Origin: Raja brachyura
Lineage: Eukaryota
Direction of reading: 5' to 3'
NCBI GenBank assembly: GCA_963514005.1
Contig: OY740802.1
Span: 2,852,001 to 2,916,000 of the forward strand
DNA length: 64,000 nucleotides
Shown: positions 25,789 to 39,216 of the stretch, one piece after another
How the letters are laid out: each line of letters opens with the position of its first letter
Numbering within the stretch: the stretch's first letter is position 1
Position numbers and translations under genes: made by a program
The notes under the pieces: model-generated
What the model saw: only the letters and a program-made list of their open reading frames with translations
Told to the model about the DNA's origin: nothing
Database searches by the model: none

Positions 25789-28225
25789 ACAGGTCATTTA
25801 CATGGCATGTTGCAATTATACATTTACAACCAGATGGAAGTCTTCAAAGTTTGATTAATACAGAGTGAAAAGATGCAGAGATAATTTAAATGTAGAGATT
25901 TGGTACTCAAAATTCTGCACTGTATGTTATAGACTGTATTTCTCGTACAATCCATTATACTCTTCTCCTGGATTCTTGTCATTTATAATACGCATTTCAT
26001 AAAAGTCAGGTGCCATGCAGAATTCTGTTGACTTGGAACATCAGTATTAAAATGAAACGCTGTCAAAAGTGCAGTGCTTACAAATATTATGGCCATTCGT
26101 TTTTGCTTCAATGTTCTAAGACTAGTTCTTGCATCTGTCATTTTAATTTTGTTTCAATCCAGCTTCAACGTATAACATACAGAATTTTGTGGTGAGGATT
26201 TAGAGTTGTACGGTCATCTTTAAACACCTAGGCAGTTTACAAACCAACGTTGGGGATTGAGAAACCAGGTGCAGCAGGCATGGAATTTACCTCACTGGAT
26301 TCAGCCTGGGACACATGAGGTTAAAGAGAACTATAAAATAAACATTGCTGTGAAAGTGAGATACTCATCATGGCATAATGACTTAAATATTTGCCTACTC
26401 AAACCTGTGCTAATTTAATCCTATTGTTTGCAGTTTTGGATTAAACAAACATTTATCAAAACATTAGTGGATCAGTGGTATAATTCATCACTAATGCCCC
26501 ATACATTTTTTACGATGTTATCACTGTAAATGGTAATAAACAATAAATATATTAATCACCTTCCATTTAACTGGAATTGGCTTTACTAAAGTTTTAAAAT
26601 AATGCAGAACAGTACGCGAGGTTCATTAGAATTATTTATGTTACTAATTTGGTCACACAAACACTTCTCGTACTTTTTTAAGTTGAAGCAACAATTAAAA
26701 AGGTGATTTCAACTTCACGAGGTTGTTCTCGTTCAAGGAGAGGGCATTCTCTGTTAATCAAAGCACAAACTCCCAACACTGCTTCTCTATATAAATAATG
26801 CATTTGAGACTGACTTCATAAAGTCAAAAATCGGTAAACAAAGATTGCACACACAAAATTATCTCAGGTCTTACAGCTATGTAAAGTAACAAACTAATGA
26901 AATGTTCAAAAAACGTACTCTTTTAAAAAAGACAGCAGCAACCAGTGCGAAGTAACAATTTTTAAAAGTACAAAATTTAGTCAGTTATTCAGCATCGTGA
27001 TGGAAAATGGCTACTTTTCCCTCTTTTGGTTTAATTGCACTGTTGACCATGAATGCAAGGTGCCACTGGGGACCATTCAGACCATCACATTTTCAAGCTG
27101 AAACTTGGAATCAGATATATTGTGAGGAAACTACAAGTCAATGTGGGCGTACAGCTGTACCAGTAAGGACAGGCTCCCTGAATGAGCGACTGTGAAGACA
27201 GGGTGATCATTCAATGAGATTGCAACAAACCAATCCAAAGTCAAATCAACCTTTTCCAGATTTAATATGTGCTTCCTAACGAATGCAACTTTTTTTGGCA
27301 GGTGGGGAGAAGCAGAATAGACCATTCTCTGCCACAAGTGTGAATTTTTAACATGCTAAATATTTTTACGGTGGAGTTATTTGCCACAATACACAATTAC
27401 ACTGCCAATCATCACACGCTACCATTTTACATTTGATTTTTATCCGTAGCTACTTTGTAATTTGACCTGTGGCGTGGAGCTGATTTGGAGATTGTGCCTT
27501 CAAACAAGCCAATTATTGCAACGCTGAAACTTTAAAATGCAAGAAATGTCAAGCTAAAGCAACCTAAAAACAGGAGAAGCCCAAGTGTTGCAAAAGTTAC
27601 ATTCCATCGGCAAATCTTCACAACAAAAATTGTAAGTGGAGTTGCCGGGAATTTTGCAAAGTTGCATTCCAACAGCAAATCTTCACAAATCTTAAGTGGA
27701 CAATTTGTCAATGTTCTGATAAGCGATTCTCTCAAAAGAGGCACCACATTAACAGCCTTAAACGCAACATTTTCACTCTGGCTTCTTCCTGCCTTGAAAG
27801 AGAGACCATTTGTTGCACACCGATATTTGCTGGGTCGAGAGAAATGTGGAACAATGCCGCAACACAATGTTTCAACAGGCCAAGAAGTGGCCATATCTCA
27901 ATACATTTTGCCCCAGATTTTGTCAGACACTGACTTGGTAACCTAGAAAATAGGCCTTCTACATTTTATTACAAGAAGCTTTACTTGTGCTGATTTACAA
28001 GTATTATTTATAACCAGAACCTAGACTTGAATATTTATGATGTTATACTGATAGGTTCAAGGAAGTATATGTAATCAGTGATGATATCTCCACTGCTGAA
28101 ATCATCTGCAACATTTGCAGTCTGATTACAACGAGAAACTACAATCAATCTTTACTTGGAGCCGATACACAGTAATGAAAATTAGGTTGATGTTTGATGA
28201 CCTATAAGTATGCAGCAATTACTAA

Positions 28226-28558
28226 AGGGCCTGTCCCACTTACGCAATTTATTCGGCGAATTGCCGGCACCCGTCATAGTCGTAGCAGGTCGCCGAAAAT
28301 TTTCAACATGTTGAAAATCCAGCGGCGACCAGAAAAAGGTACGACTCTTTGGGCGACTACTTATGACCAAACGGGCGTCACGTGTCGACATGTTGTGCGC
28401 GGGTGACGCCTGTATGGTCGTGAGTAGTCGCCCAAAGAGTCGTACCTTTTTCTGGTCGCCGCTGGATTTTCAACATGCTGAAAATCTTCGGCGACCTGCT
28501 GTGACTAATAATGGGTACCGGCAGTCGCCGAAATAATCACGCAAGTGGGACAAGCCCA
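28226..28558. mobile_element. PIF/Harbinger-type palindromic MITE
   Basis: Termini AGGGCCTGTCCCACTT...AAGTGGGACAAGCCCA, TAA TSD on both sides, nearly the whole element self-complementary. Confidence 0.85.
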
Positions 28559-29129
28559 TAATGGTATTTTATAGTCTCAGTCCACAGGTAAGCTTTTGTT
28601 TCTTACTGCATGTTTTTTAACAGTCCAGAAAAAAATCATTAGCACTTAACAATTAAACAGTAATAAAAATGTGTATGAAAAATACCAACTATACAGTAAC
28701 AAATGTTTAAAGCTATTCTATCTACACTCTCCTTTCCAACAAGAAAAACTAATACATTAAAGACAAAGTTATTCATCAGTTTTAAGAAATCTTTAAATAC
28801 AATAAGTTCCTCATAAAATGTGAGGTATTCTTTTGCTAGATATCGGGGTAATGTGTTTCCATAGCAGCGGGCAGTGGCACTATCCACTCACATATTATTA
28901 CGAAACAAACATTTTTGTCAAATTAATGTGGGTATAGAGCAAGTGCAGTTTTTGTCCAAAAATGGAATGGTTCACATGAAAAATAAAATACAATTGTTAA
29001 TTTAATTTCAACTGAAATAATACTTCTGATCTGAACAGGGCCAGATGCAAATGAGACCTGGAGCCGAAGCTTATTTATCTCTGCTTGTTCGTCCCTGCTG
29101 ACAAGTTACTTATCTTCTTGAGGACGGAG

Positions 29130-29220
29130 TTACTTGGGAACAAGGCCGCGAGACTGTGGGTAAAGCTGGGTTCCTGACCCAACTGAGGACGAGGGGCCCA
29201 TTTTCTTCCCAGTTTTAGGC
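29130..29220 (-). CDS. KIF3B: KIF3B last coding exon
   Basis: (R)PKTGKKMGPSSSVGSGTQLYPQSRGLVPK*. The C-terminus matches KIF3B; acceptor ctcagcag|. Confidence 0.95.
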
Positions 29221-29359
29221 CTGCTGAGGACAAGACAGAAATAACTTCAGTACATAATGTAAAACAAACTATTCACAACTAATGTGCAATTGTCCTCTAC
29301 CAGGAACTGTGAAGCTACTAATCACCAAACGGATCGAACTGCGAAACAGAAATGCAGAA

Positions 29360-29589
29360 ACAAGGACCTGCAAATGCTGGTTTACAAAAAAAGGCTCAAA
29401 GTGCTGGAGTAACTCAGCGGGTCAGACAGCATCTCCAGAGAACTAGGAGAGGCAACGTTTCGGGTCAGGACCCTTCTTCAGAAACATGGATAGGTGATGT
29501 TTCGGGTCGGGACTCTTCTTCAGAAGGGTCCCGACCCGAAATATCACCCATCCATGTTCTCCAGAGATGCTGCCTGACCCGTTGAGTTA
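29360..29589. mobile_element. PLE terminal repeat with two tandem minus-strand hammerhead motifs
   Basis: Motifs at 29454-29481 and 29496-29523, followed by an inverted arm. Confidence 0.75.
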
Positions 29590-29764
29590 AGGGCCTGTCC
29601 CACTTGGCCGTCATTTGCGCGTAATTTACGCGACATCATTTACGCGTTACGATGGTGCGTGATGACATAGGCAGTGACGCGGGTGTCGCACGATTTTGTT
29701 ATGTACAAAATCTTTGCGCGCCATCTGCCTCTAGTACAAATGACGGCCAAGTGGGACAGGCCCT
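29590..29764. mobile_element. Harbinger-type MITE nested in a PLE repeat
   Basis: TIR agggcctgtcccacttggccgtcatttg / caaatgacggccaagtgggacaggccct with a TTA TSD splitting gag-TTA-ctcc. Confidence 0.9.
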
Positions 29765-30193
29765 TTACTCCAGCAGCTCCTTATGCAAAATAGAAACATG
29801 TGTGCCAATGAACAGTGTGAAAAATCTCCACCAGGTTTAAATGATTTCATTGCTGACATTAAAGCTTGTTTTAATATTGTCAGATTTTATTTTGAAACAT
29901 GCTTCCTCCAATTCTTGCCTCTATCCAAATGTAATCAAGAGTTAAAAGAGCCAAGAGGCGAGAGTGTGTGATTGACAAAACTGCAGGTATTGCTATTTCA
30001 AAAAGAACATAATTAGATTTAATGTTACCTATTCCAATATCCAAAGACTTCCTGCTTGAATAGTCAAAACATAATCCTCGTAAGTGGTTCACAAAAGAAG
30101 TTCAGATTGTCAGCTGAATATGCTATCAAACCAGTCGTATACCACTGTTCTAGACAACTGTGCCAAAGAATCAAGAGTGTTTATTGTCATAGG

Positions 30194-30361
30194 CAGATAG
30201 ACACAAAAAGCTGGAGTAACTCAGCGGGACAGGAATAAGTGTCTCGACCCGAAACATCATCCATTCCTTCTCTCCAGAGATGTTGCCTGTCCCGCTGAGT
30301 TACTCCAGCTTTTGGTGTTTATCTTCGGTTTAAATCAGCATCTGCAGTTTCTTCTTACACA
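30194..30361. mobile_element. Fold-back PLE terminal-repeat insertion
   Basis: 14-bp TSD tttat(t/c)gtcatagg (30180-30193, 30362-30375). Confidence 0.8.
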
Positions 30362-31269
30362 TTTATCGTCATAGGTATTGAAACGGGACAATGAGATTCT
30401 TACATGCAGTAGCAGCAGCACAACAGGTTTGTAACACGGCACTCAACAGTTAATATAAAAAACAAACATTAAAAAGTTCATTAGATTTATAAAAAAACAC
30501 TATTGTGCAAAAAACAAAACAGAGCCGGAGGTCCCGCATGCAACCAAGGTAGTTTGTAGTTTATTTGGAGTTTGTGGTGTTCAATACCCAATGGTCGTTG
30601 GGAAGAAGCTGTTGTTTTGAACCTGGGCATTACAGCTTTCAGACTCACGTACTTTCTTCCTCATGGTAGGTGTGAAAAGAGATGAAATGCGGATCTAGGG
30701 TGGTGGGGTTCTTGATGAAGCTGGCTGCCTTTTTGAGACAGAGACTCGTATATATCCCTTCGATGGTGAGGAGTTTAGTGCCCGCGAACATGGTTTTCAA
30801 TTATTGATGCAAGTGCTACTACATATGTTGTTGGAGTCAGAGCCTTACAGCACAAAACAGCCCCTTCGGCCCAACTCGTCCATGCTGACAACAATACCCC
30901 AGCTAAACTATTCCCGTTTACCCACATATCCCTTTAAACCTTTCCTATCCATGTTTAGAACGCAATGTGCTGCAGTAACTCAGAAGATCAGGCAGTATCT
31001 CTACAGAATATGGATAGGAAATATTTCAGATCAGAACCTTTCTCTAGACTTCAGTCAAAAGAAGGGTCCAGACCCAAAATGTCACCTATCGTGTTCTCCA
31101 GAAATGCTGCCTGACCCGCTGAGTTACTTTGAGTTCTAAACACGATTCCAGCAACTGTGGTTTCATTGTGTCTTCATCTTTCGTATTCATATATGTTCTT
31201 ATGACGAGAAAATTACTTATCCACTTCGAAACCAAAGTGTATTTTTGTGAAAATTGATGCTGCAGTCAC

Positions 31270-31457
31270 CTGGATTTCGATTTTCTCGCACTGCCACTTC
31301 TGAGAGGGTCAAATGTAGATGCATCAACTTGAAGCTCATCCTCATCCTGCAGGGCAGCCTCCAGTGCAGCTTGCACCTTTGGAGCAATGGCAGGTCCTTC
31401 ATAGTCCCGAGTGGTTCGGCTGGGCATGTCCAGTTCCAATAGCAAGATGTTTTCAGC
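31270..31457 (-). CDS. KIF3B: KIF3B coding exon 7 (188 nt)
   Basis: [41 protein letters not shown]...; tttcag| and |gtgact. Confidence 0.96.
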
Positions 31458-31924
31458 CTGAAACACGAGGGACAATGTAAAACCAATGCAATAAATCAAC
31501 CACAATTCTCATAATCATGTCACCTGATGAATTCATTAGTACAGTTTAGCTTACTGTCACGTGTACCGAGCTACAGTGAAAAACTTTTGTGGTGAGCTAA
31601 CCAGTCAGAGGAAAGACAATACATGGTTGCAATCGAGTCATTCACTGTGTGCATAGAAACATAGAAAAGTAGGTGCAGGAGTGGGCCATTCGACCCCTCG
31701 AGCCAGCACCGCCATTCAAAATGTCATGGATGATCATCCAGAATCAGTACCCTGTTCCTGCTTTCTCCCCATATCCCTTGATTCTGTTAGCCCGAAGAGC
31801 TATATGTAACTCGATCTTGAATAGATAATAATGTTTAGTGCAAGGTAAAGCCAGTAAATTGTGATATTAAGCACCTGTACACTCCCAAAGAAGAGAACGT
31901 GCAGATCAATTTTGTACACTTTAA

Positions 31925-32140
31925 TATATTCGCTGACCGTTTCGCCAGACACTTACGCTCGGTCCGCCAAGGCCTGCTGCATCTCCCGGTTGCTAACCAT
32001 TTAAATTCCTCTTCCCATTCCCATACTGACCTTTCTGCCCTGGGACTCCTCCATTGCCAGAGTGAGGCCACACACAAGCTGGTGGAACAGCCCCTCATAT
32101 TCCGCTTGGGTAGCTTACATCCTAAAAGTATGAACATTTA
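31925..32140 (+). mobile_element. PLE GIY-YIG endonuclease fragment
   Basis: DRFARHLRSV...VANHLNSSSHSHTDLSALGL...LIFRLGSLHPKSMNI. Confidence 0.8.
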
Positions 32141-32556
32141 ATTCACCATCCCTCCCCCATGATTGAAACAAACTTACTGTAGCTCTTTTCCATTTTATAA
32201 TGAATAGTCTCCAAACTGAAACATTTACTGTATATAATAAAAAAGAAACTGCAGTTGCTAGTTTATAGCAAAGATAGACACAAAATACTTGTCTAACTCA
32301 GCAGGTCAGGCAGCATCCCTGGAGAACATGAATTAGGTTCCTAACCTGAAACATCACCAATCCATGTTCTCCACAGATGCTGCCTGACCCCCTGAGTTAC
32401 TCCAACACTCTGTGTCGATCTTTGAAACATTTACTGTTTGTTTTCCCCACAATTGCTGCCCAACCCTGCTGTTTTTGTTCGTGCATATACTCGTTGGCTA
32501 TAATTGAATTATGTTTTAGCAGCCAGGGAGAGAAACAAATTATCCTATTCACTCAC

Positions 32557-32662
32557 CCTGTACCTAGGGTCTGACCTCGAGACCAGAGCCATTTTTGCAT
32601 AGCTGCTAAGTGGTCGCTTGTATCCAATTGCTGATACAGGTCGCTTCATCATCTGCTGATTC
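32557..32662 (-). CDS. KIF3B: KIF3B coding exon 6 (106 nt)
   Basis: NQQMMKRPVSAIGYKRPLSSYAKMALVSRSDPRYR; ttctag| and |gtgagt. Not in the ORF track; translated by eye. Confidence 0.95.
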
Positions 32663-32689
32663 CTAGAAGGCAAACAAAAACATTCAAAT

Positions 32690-33340
32690 ACAATAGACAA
32701 TAGGTGCAGGAGTAGGCCATTTGGCCCTTCGAGCCAGCACCGCCATTCAATGGATCATGGCTGATCATCCCCAATCAGTACCACATTCCAGCCTTCTCCC
32801 CAAAATCCCTGACTCCGCTATTTGTAAGAGAACTATCTGGCTCTCTCTTGAAAGTATCCAGAGAACCGGCCTCCACCACCCTCTGAGGCAGAGAATTCCA
32901 CAGACTCACAACTCTCTGTGTGAAAAAGTGTTTCCTCATCTCCATTCTAAATGGCTTACCCCTTATTCTTAAACTGTGGCCTCTGGTTCTGGACTCCCCC
33001 AACATAGGGAACATGTTTCCTGCCTCTAGCGTGTCCAAACCCTTAATAATCTTATATGTTTCAATAAGATCCCCTCTCATCCTTCTTAATTCTAGAGAAT
33101 ACATTCTCTCAACATATGACAGTTGCGGGAATTACCCTTGTAAACCGACGCTGCACTCCCTCAATAGCAAGAATATCCTTCCTTAAATTTGGGGACCAAA
33201 ACTGCACCCAATACGCCAGATGTTCTCTCACTAGGGCCCTGTACAACTGCAGAAGGGCCTCTTCGCTCCTATACTCAACTCCTCCTGTTATGAAGGCCAA
33301 CATGCCATTCGCTGAAGACCAACATGCCACTCGCTGAAGG
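32690..33340 (-). mobile_element. CR1 LINE 3' fragment
   Basis: ANGMLAFI...VQFWSPNLRKDILAIEGVQRRF...SRTRGHSL. Confidence 0.9.
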
Positions 33341-34178
33341 CAACATGCCAATACCCGAGGTAAGATCCTCTTCAACATCTTAAATGATGTTCATTTATTG
33401 CAATAAATGCCTTTCTCCTGATATATGTCAGTGACATTGAATTTATAGTTTTAGAATATAGGTGCCGTTTGATTTGGTGACAGAATATCCAATTTCATGT
33501 TTAATAAGGAACAAATTAATTTTGATAAAACTATAAACAATTGGCCTTTTTTGATTTTAGTCGTCAATTGATTTTACTTGCAATCGTTAATGCCACAAGT
33601 GGTATGCAATTCCTGCAAATTATTTTATATGATCCATAAGTTGATTTTGTGAATTATGGTTTAAATAGCATTTCTTAACTCTTAGACGTGAGGGATTTCA
33701 GTAGATGAGAATTAAGTGACAAAGAAAACTTTATCATGATCCAACTGATTCTAAATTCAGTTCACTCAGGAGAATTTTAGGTAATGACATCATGTGGAAG
33801 GCCATGTGGGAAATTGAATGAAAATGCTTTAGTGTTGAGCAGTTATTATCACAATGAGATTAAAAAGGGGAGAAGGAAGAGATCCAAAGAAATTACAAAA
33901 AAGAGAATTTAAGGATTCAGGATTTAACCTGCAAGGCAGTAGCCAGTAACAAACTCAGTGTAGATGCATTGAAAGGTAAACTGAAAAGCTTTTTGAGGGA
34001 GGGCAGACTCTCGTGTACTTCTGAGTTCCTTCAGAGGAAGCTGCATTAGGGCAGGTTGATGCAAGATGGGCAGAGCCTCGTGCAGAGCATTAAACACTGG
34101 CAGATACACTGGCCCACACTGTCAGTGACTGCTGCAAACTCAGTGCGGGTCTGAATAAGCACAAATACTGTACCGTAC

Positions 34179-34295
34179 CCTTCGATCCGGGTGATAGGTT
34201 GGGTCTTCCACTGGTCGTCTTCCTCATCAAAATAAGCTCTGTTCATGATTTTATTTTTTTCTTCCAAAGGTATGAAGTTCTCAATTACAAGGTGC
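34179..34295 (-). CDS. KIF3B: KIF3B coding exon 5 (117 nt)
   Basis: [38 protein letters not shown]; ttgaag| and |gtacgg; phases consistent. Confidence 0.95.
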
Positions 34296-35084
34296 CTTCA
34301 AATAAAATAATCTGATGTTTTTATTCAAATCTATATAAAGAAAATGCTTCTAGTCTAAACAAAATAAATGTAACAATGTAAATGTATATCCTCCCCAACT
34401 TCTCTGTAAATTAAAACTCATTAATATTTTATTTTTCTGACCAAGTGTCTTTGATTTGAAAGGTTAACTCTTGTTCAACAAATGCCAAATGTTCTCCTTT
34501 TATTTTAGATTCCCAACATCTCAAACTATTACAATGCTAAGCACAGAAAGAATTTCATTGTCCTGTGAGGGACACATGACAATAAACTCTTTTGACTTTG
34601 ACTTCTCTTACATGAAGATAGATCATTTTGCTGGTTTGGAATTTGATTTATTTTTTTAGAATTGCCTCTTAATAATCTCTTAAATTGTATATCAAGTAAC
34701 CCATTTGATAACAGGTCCATTGTTTTTCCATCATCCTTATTTACCATCAATTCCCTGAATGTTATTTGACAGAAGTGAGAAATTAATAATTTTGGATGGG
34801 TTTTTTTCCAGATCATTTCCAAGGTGAACTCTCTTCTAAAGAAAACTTTCAGTTCTTTTGAACTTTCCTTTCAAAATATTAAGCAAAACAAATGCAAAAT
34901 CTATCAGCAGCAGAGTGGTGCATTTCAGTTTCAAAAGATAATGTCTTTTCTTAACCAGCAAATGGAATACATCACGACGATAACTCTATTTTAGGCAACC
35001 ACAATAGTTTGCAAGAATCTTAAACCAACTCATTTGGAGTGTGTTGCTCTCATATTTATTTCTAGTCCTATACAGGATACGTAC

Positions 35085-35203
35085 TTCAGTTTGAGTTCCC
35101 TTGTGAGCTCGTTCTGAGTTTGCTCCAGCTGTTGCCGCTCTTTGATGTGCTCCGCTTGCAGGTCATCAATTTCAGCTTTTACTGCCTGCAGCTTAGCAAA
35201 GAG
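35085..35203 (-). CDS. KIF3B: KIF3B coding exon 4 (119 nt)
   Basis: [39 protein letters not shown](K); ggttag| and |gtacgt. Confidence 0.95.
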
Positions 35204-35929
35204 CTAACCAAAGAAAAATACTTCACTTATGTACCCAAGCACTTTATATTCAATTAAGCAGTTTAAGTGCAGTCACAAACCAAAGTTGCAAAAAAGAAAT
35301 TATTGAAACTGCTGTCAATTTACAAAAGTTCAATCAATTCTCATTTTAGCAGGTCTTTAGTCCAGAATAACACATTTATAAACTAAGGTTTATTTAGAAA
35401 TAATAAGCATTCAAATATTATTTCAGGTTTGCAATCTTCAGATAGAAGATTATAAAATTATGAGAGGCATAGATAGAAAAGTCATAGCCTTTTTCCCCCC
35501 ATGGTGAATATGTCAAAAGACTAAAGGGCATAGCTTAAAGATGAGAGGGACAGAGTCTAAAGTAGATAATGCAGAGCAGGTTTTTTTTCACCAGAGGGTA
35601 GTAGGTGCTCGGAACACATTGCCAGGAGTTATGGTGGAGGCAGGTATGATAGTGGAATTGAAGAAGCTTTTAGATGGACACATGGGTATGCAGGGAATGC
35701 GAGGATGAGGATCATGTGCAGGCAGAGAAGAATACAGTAGTTTAAACTTGGCATCATGTTCAGTATGGGGACTGTTGGCCGAAGGTCCCACTCCTGTATT
35801 GTTCTGTTCCTTGTTCTGTGAAGTTTCCTTCAAGGTAGGACAAATTATTTTTTTAATTAAAAATAAATCAGGTCAATCAGCGGGTGTGACCTGAAAAACC
35901 TATGCAGTTCTGAGGTCAGCAGGTTTCAG

Positions 35930-36540
35930 TGGCGTTCTTAAGCCAAAACCGAGTACTGCTTGGCCCATTCTCGGGCAGAGCAGACTGTACTTTTTGAGAA
36001 GGCTCAGTTCCTTCAATGTCTGCAGTAAGATGCTGCAGCTGTTCTACCAAGCGGTGGTAGCCAGTGCCATCGTCTTCGCTGCCGGGGGGCTGGGGCAGCA
36101 GGGCGAAGGCCGCGGAAGCCAACAGGATTAACAAACTCTTCAGGAAGGCCGGCTCCATCCTGAGGGCGGAGTTGGAGTTGGATTCATGGGAGGTTGGTCT
36201 TGGAGGGGAGGATGCTCCTCAATCTGTGGAGCATCCTGGACAATACAGCTCACCCCCTCTGTGACACACTGGTCAACCTGAGGAGCACCTTCAGCAACAG
36301 ACTGGTTCCACCAAGATGCAGCACAGAGCGCCACAAGAGATCCTTCTTCCCTGCGGCTATCAAACTGTTCCACTCCTCCCCCTTCTGTCTTGAGGTAGAC
36401 TGACCCCCTCCCCAATCTTTGCACATCCCCAATCCTTTCCACTCGTCACTTTAATTTCATGTTTTATGTATCTAGTGTTTTATGACTGTTGGCAGATCAA
36501 TTTCGCTCTTGGGATAAATAAAGTTCTATCGTATTGTGTT
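35930..36540 (+). mobile_element. Rex1/Babar-like LINE 3' fragment
   Basis: WGSRAKAAEANRINKLFRKAGSIL / ILDNTAHPL...PRCSTERHKRSFFPAAIKL; tail gggataaataaagttctatcgtat. Confidence 0.8.
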
Positions 36541-37364
36541 CGCCTCTGTTTTTTAATGGTAAGCCGAGGTGGAAAATTATGACCTGACCTCACCATGGTG
36601 AATCTGAACCCGACTCCAGCCCAAGGACTTAAATCATTCTGACATCTAATATGAACCTCAAGACCCACGTCTCCCCCTCAGAGGGAATTGCCACCAAGCA
36701 GTGGGGCACCTTTCTCACCGCCATCCCGCAAAGGGCCTGTTACCCACCCAGCTTAATTCAGGGTGTCAGCAGCAATGGCATTCACCGCTGGGTTAGGCTC
36801 AGCCTCCACCACCAAGTCTGGACTCAGCCACAGTAACACCTCATCTTCACCAACCCCTTCTTCAATGGACTGAACACTTAATCACAATAACCACATCATC
36901 TTCATCAATCTTTCTACACGGGACTGTCACTTATCTCACTTATTATAGACACAGTCTCCACTTAAGTCTATAGCGCTCTGAAAGTGGCAATATAAGCAGA
37001 TAGGGTGGTAAAGGAAGGGAAGGTCATGCTGTAGCTAGATAGAACTTTGGTTTGGCCACATTTGCAGTATTGTGTGCAGTTCCGGTTGCCTCATTACAGG
37101 AAAGATGTGGAGGTTTTGGAGAAGGCACAGGTTTGCCAGACGGCCGCCTGGATTAGCTGTAAGGAGAAGTTGGACCATTTTCTCTGAAGCAGCAAAAAAT
37201 CTGGGAGTGCGGCCAAGCTGGCAAGTGATACGGGGGAATGAGGGTGATTGGCACATGTGTGGAGCAAGTGACAAAGGAGACAAAAGGGTGTCAAATGAGG
37301 AAAGAAGAGGAGTGAAATGTAAAGCCATAGGGCAATAAATGACAGAACTACTCAGCGACCTTAC

Positions 37365-37487
37365 CTTCTTTAGCTTCTTAGTTTTAACATCCACTTCTTG
37401 CTGGAGTGAACTGAATGTCTCCTTTAGCTCCAGTGTCTCCTCGTCCTGAGTTTCCATTTGCTGTTGCATCTCACGTTCACGCCGTTT
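37365..37487 (-). CDS. KIF3B: KIF3B coding exon 3 (123 nt)
   Basis: [41 protein letters not shown]; ttgaag| and |gtaagg. Confidence 0.96.
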
Positions 37488-38089
37488 CTTCAAACAAAGA
37501 TGTCGACATAGAAATAGTCAGAACTTTCTCAAATATCATTATACTTTTTCGTACGCAAATATATTTTAACTCGCACATGTTTGCATTTCCACAACTCCAA
37601 CACAGAAATGTTTTAGTGGATGTTTCATTGGAACAAACAGAATTTGACATCAAATCACATCATGAGCTCAAGAGCAGTTCTGCTCGATAGCAAAAAGGTC
37701 TCTGCTATATTTTAAGAACTTGATTGGATGAAAGTCCACTTCAACAAGTCACATATACAAGTGTACAGGCACCTCGCATTTTACACATGGGTCATGTTCC
37801 TGGAAACCAGTGCGTAATTCAAAAACATGTAAATTTAGACATTTTAACAGGCGTAAATTTGAGCGCTTTATTTCAAAAACACATAAATCATACACTTAAA
37901 AACGCAAGGTGCCCTGTAGCCTTCGTGAAATCCAATGGGAAGTGCAGATTTCCCAGCTACCTGGTCCAAACAAACCAATGGGAAGAATCCTGTCTACAGA
38001 ACACCACAAATACCTTTTTAATCTGATGAGATTCAAATATTGAAATATGTTAATTGTAGTTCACTATTTTAAGTGTGTGCAGGTTTTAT

Positions 38090-38462
38090 GTTGCTTATAA
38101 AATTCTTAAGGGGTTGGACAGGCTAGATGCAGGAAGATTGTTCCCGATGTTGGAGAGGTCCAGGACAAGGGGTCACAGCTTAAGGATAAGGGGGAAATCC
38201 TTTAGGACTGAGATGAGGACTTTTTTCACACAGAGAGTGGTGGGTCTCTGTAACTCTCTGCCACAGAGGGTAGTTGAGGCCAGTTCATTGGCTATATTTA
38301 AGAAGGAGTTAGATGTGGCCCTTGTGGCTAAGGGGATCAGAGGGTATGGAGAGAAGGCAGGTACGGGATACTGAGTTGGATGATCAGCCATGATCATATC
38401 GAATGGCGGTGCAGGCTCGAAGGGCCGAATGGCCTACTCCTGCACCTAATTTCTATGTTTCT
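38090..38462 (+). mobile_element. CR1 LINE 3' fragment
   Basis: YKILKGLDRLDAGRLFPML..SRTRGHSL; nearly identical to 10330-10707. Confidence 0.9.
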
Positions 38463-39114
38463 AAATAATGATGTAATTTTATTATTTAAATTGTATTTTA
38501 ATGAGTTCCCCAGATCTGTGCTTGCACTTCCCGTATGAACATAACTCGATCTCAGCGCGGACGTGATTGACAGTGATTGTAATTAAAAATGACAATAATT
38601 GAAAAAGTGTGAAAATAGTGACACACAATACGCTTTATTTAAAACAGAAGTGGGGTATCTTATTTCAAGTATTTTAATTTCTTGAAAGCAGAGCAATAAT
38701 GATGAATCTGTTACTAGCCCATAAAAAACAAGATGAAATAGGGATCTGTAATATTAATTGTTTACAATAAAGGTAATTTTGTTTCCTTGTGCAGCTGATT
38801 TATAACAATCCTGTCATCTGCAATGCCTTCAGCTTCCATAATCTAGTCAATGATGAGACCCCAGATCAAATTACCATATTTGCAAAATACAATTATAGGC
38901 TATTTCACCTTCACTGAATAAGCGCAAAGGGCAATAGAAACATCAACAGTTGGAAACAATCCAAAGTGCTGCATGCCAATGGAAGGATATTCTTACATGT
39001 CTTCTTGCTGCTTAAAGATACTGAAGCAAATAACCTTATGCCCTTCATGACAGTGTTGACTCCATTTGTAGCTACCAAATTGTTATGAATTTCTTGTCTA
39101 GTCCCCACCATTAC

Positions 39115-39216
39115 CTGCTCTGCGATTTCTTGGCGTCTCTGTTCCAGAACCTTCTGCTGCTCATTTGTGTGATCCACAATATTTTTCCCTCCAACAAGAA
39201 GTTTGCTTTCCATAGC
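39115..39216 (-). CDS. KIF3B: KIF3B coding exon 2 (102 nt)
   Basis: [34 protein letters not shown]; tatcag| and |gtaatg. Confidence 0.96.
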
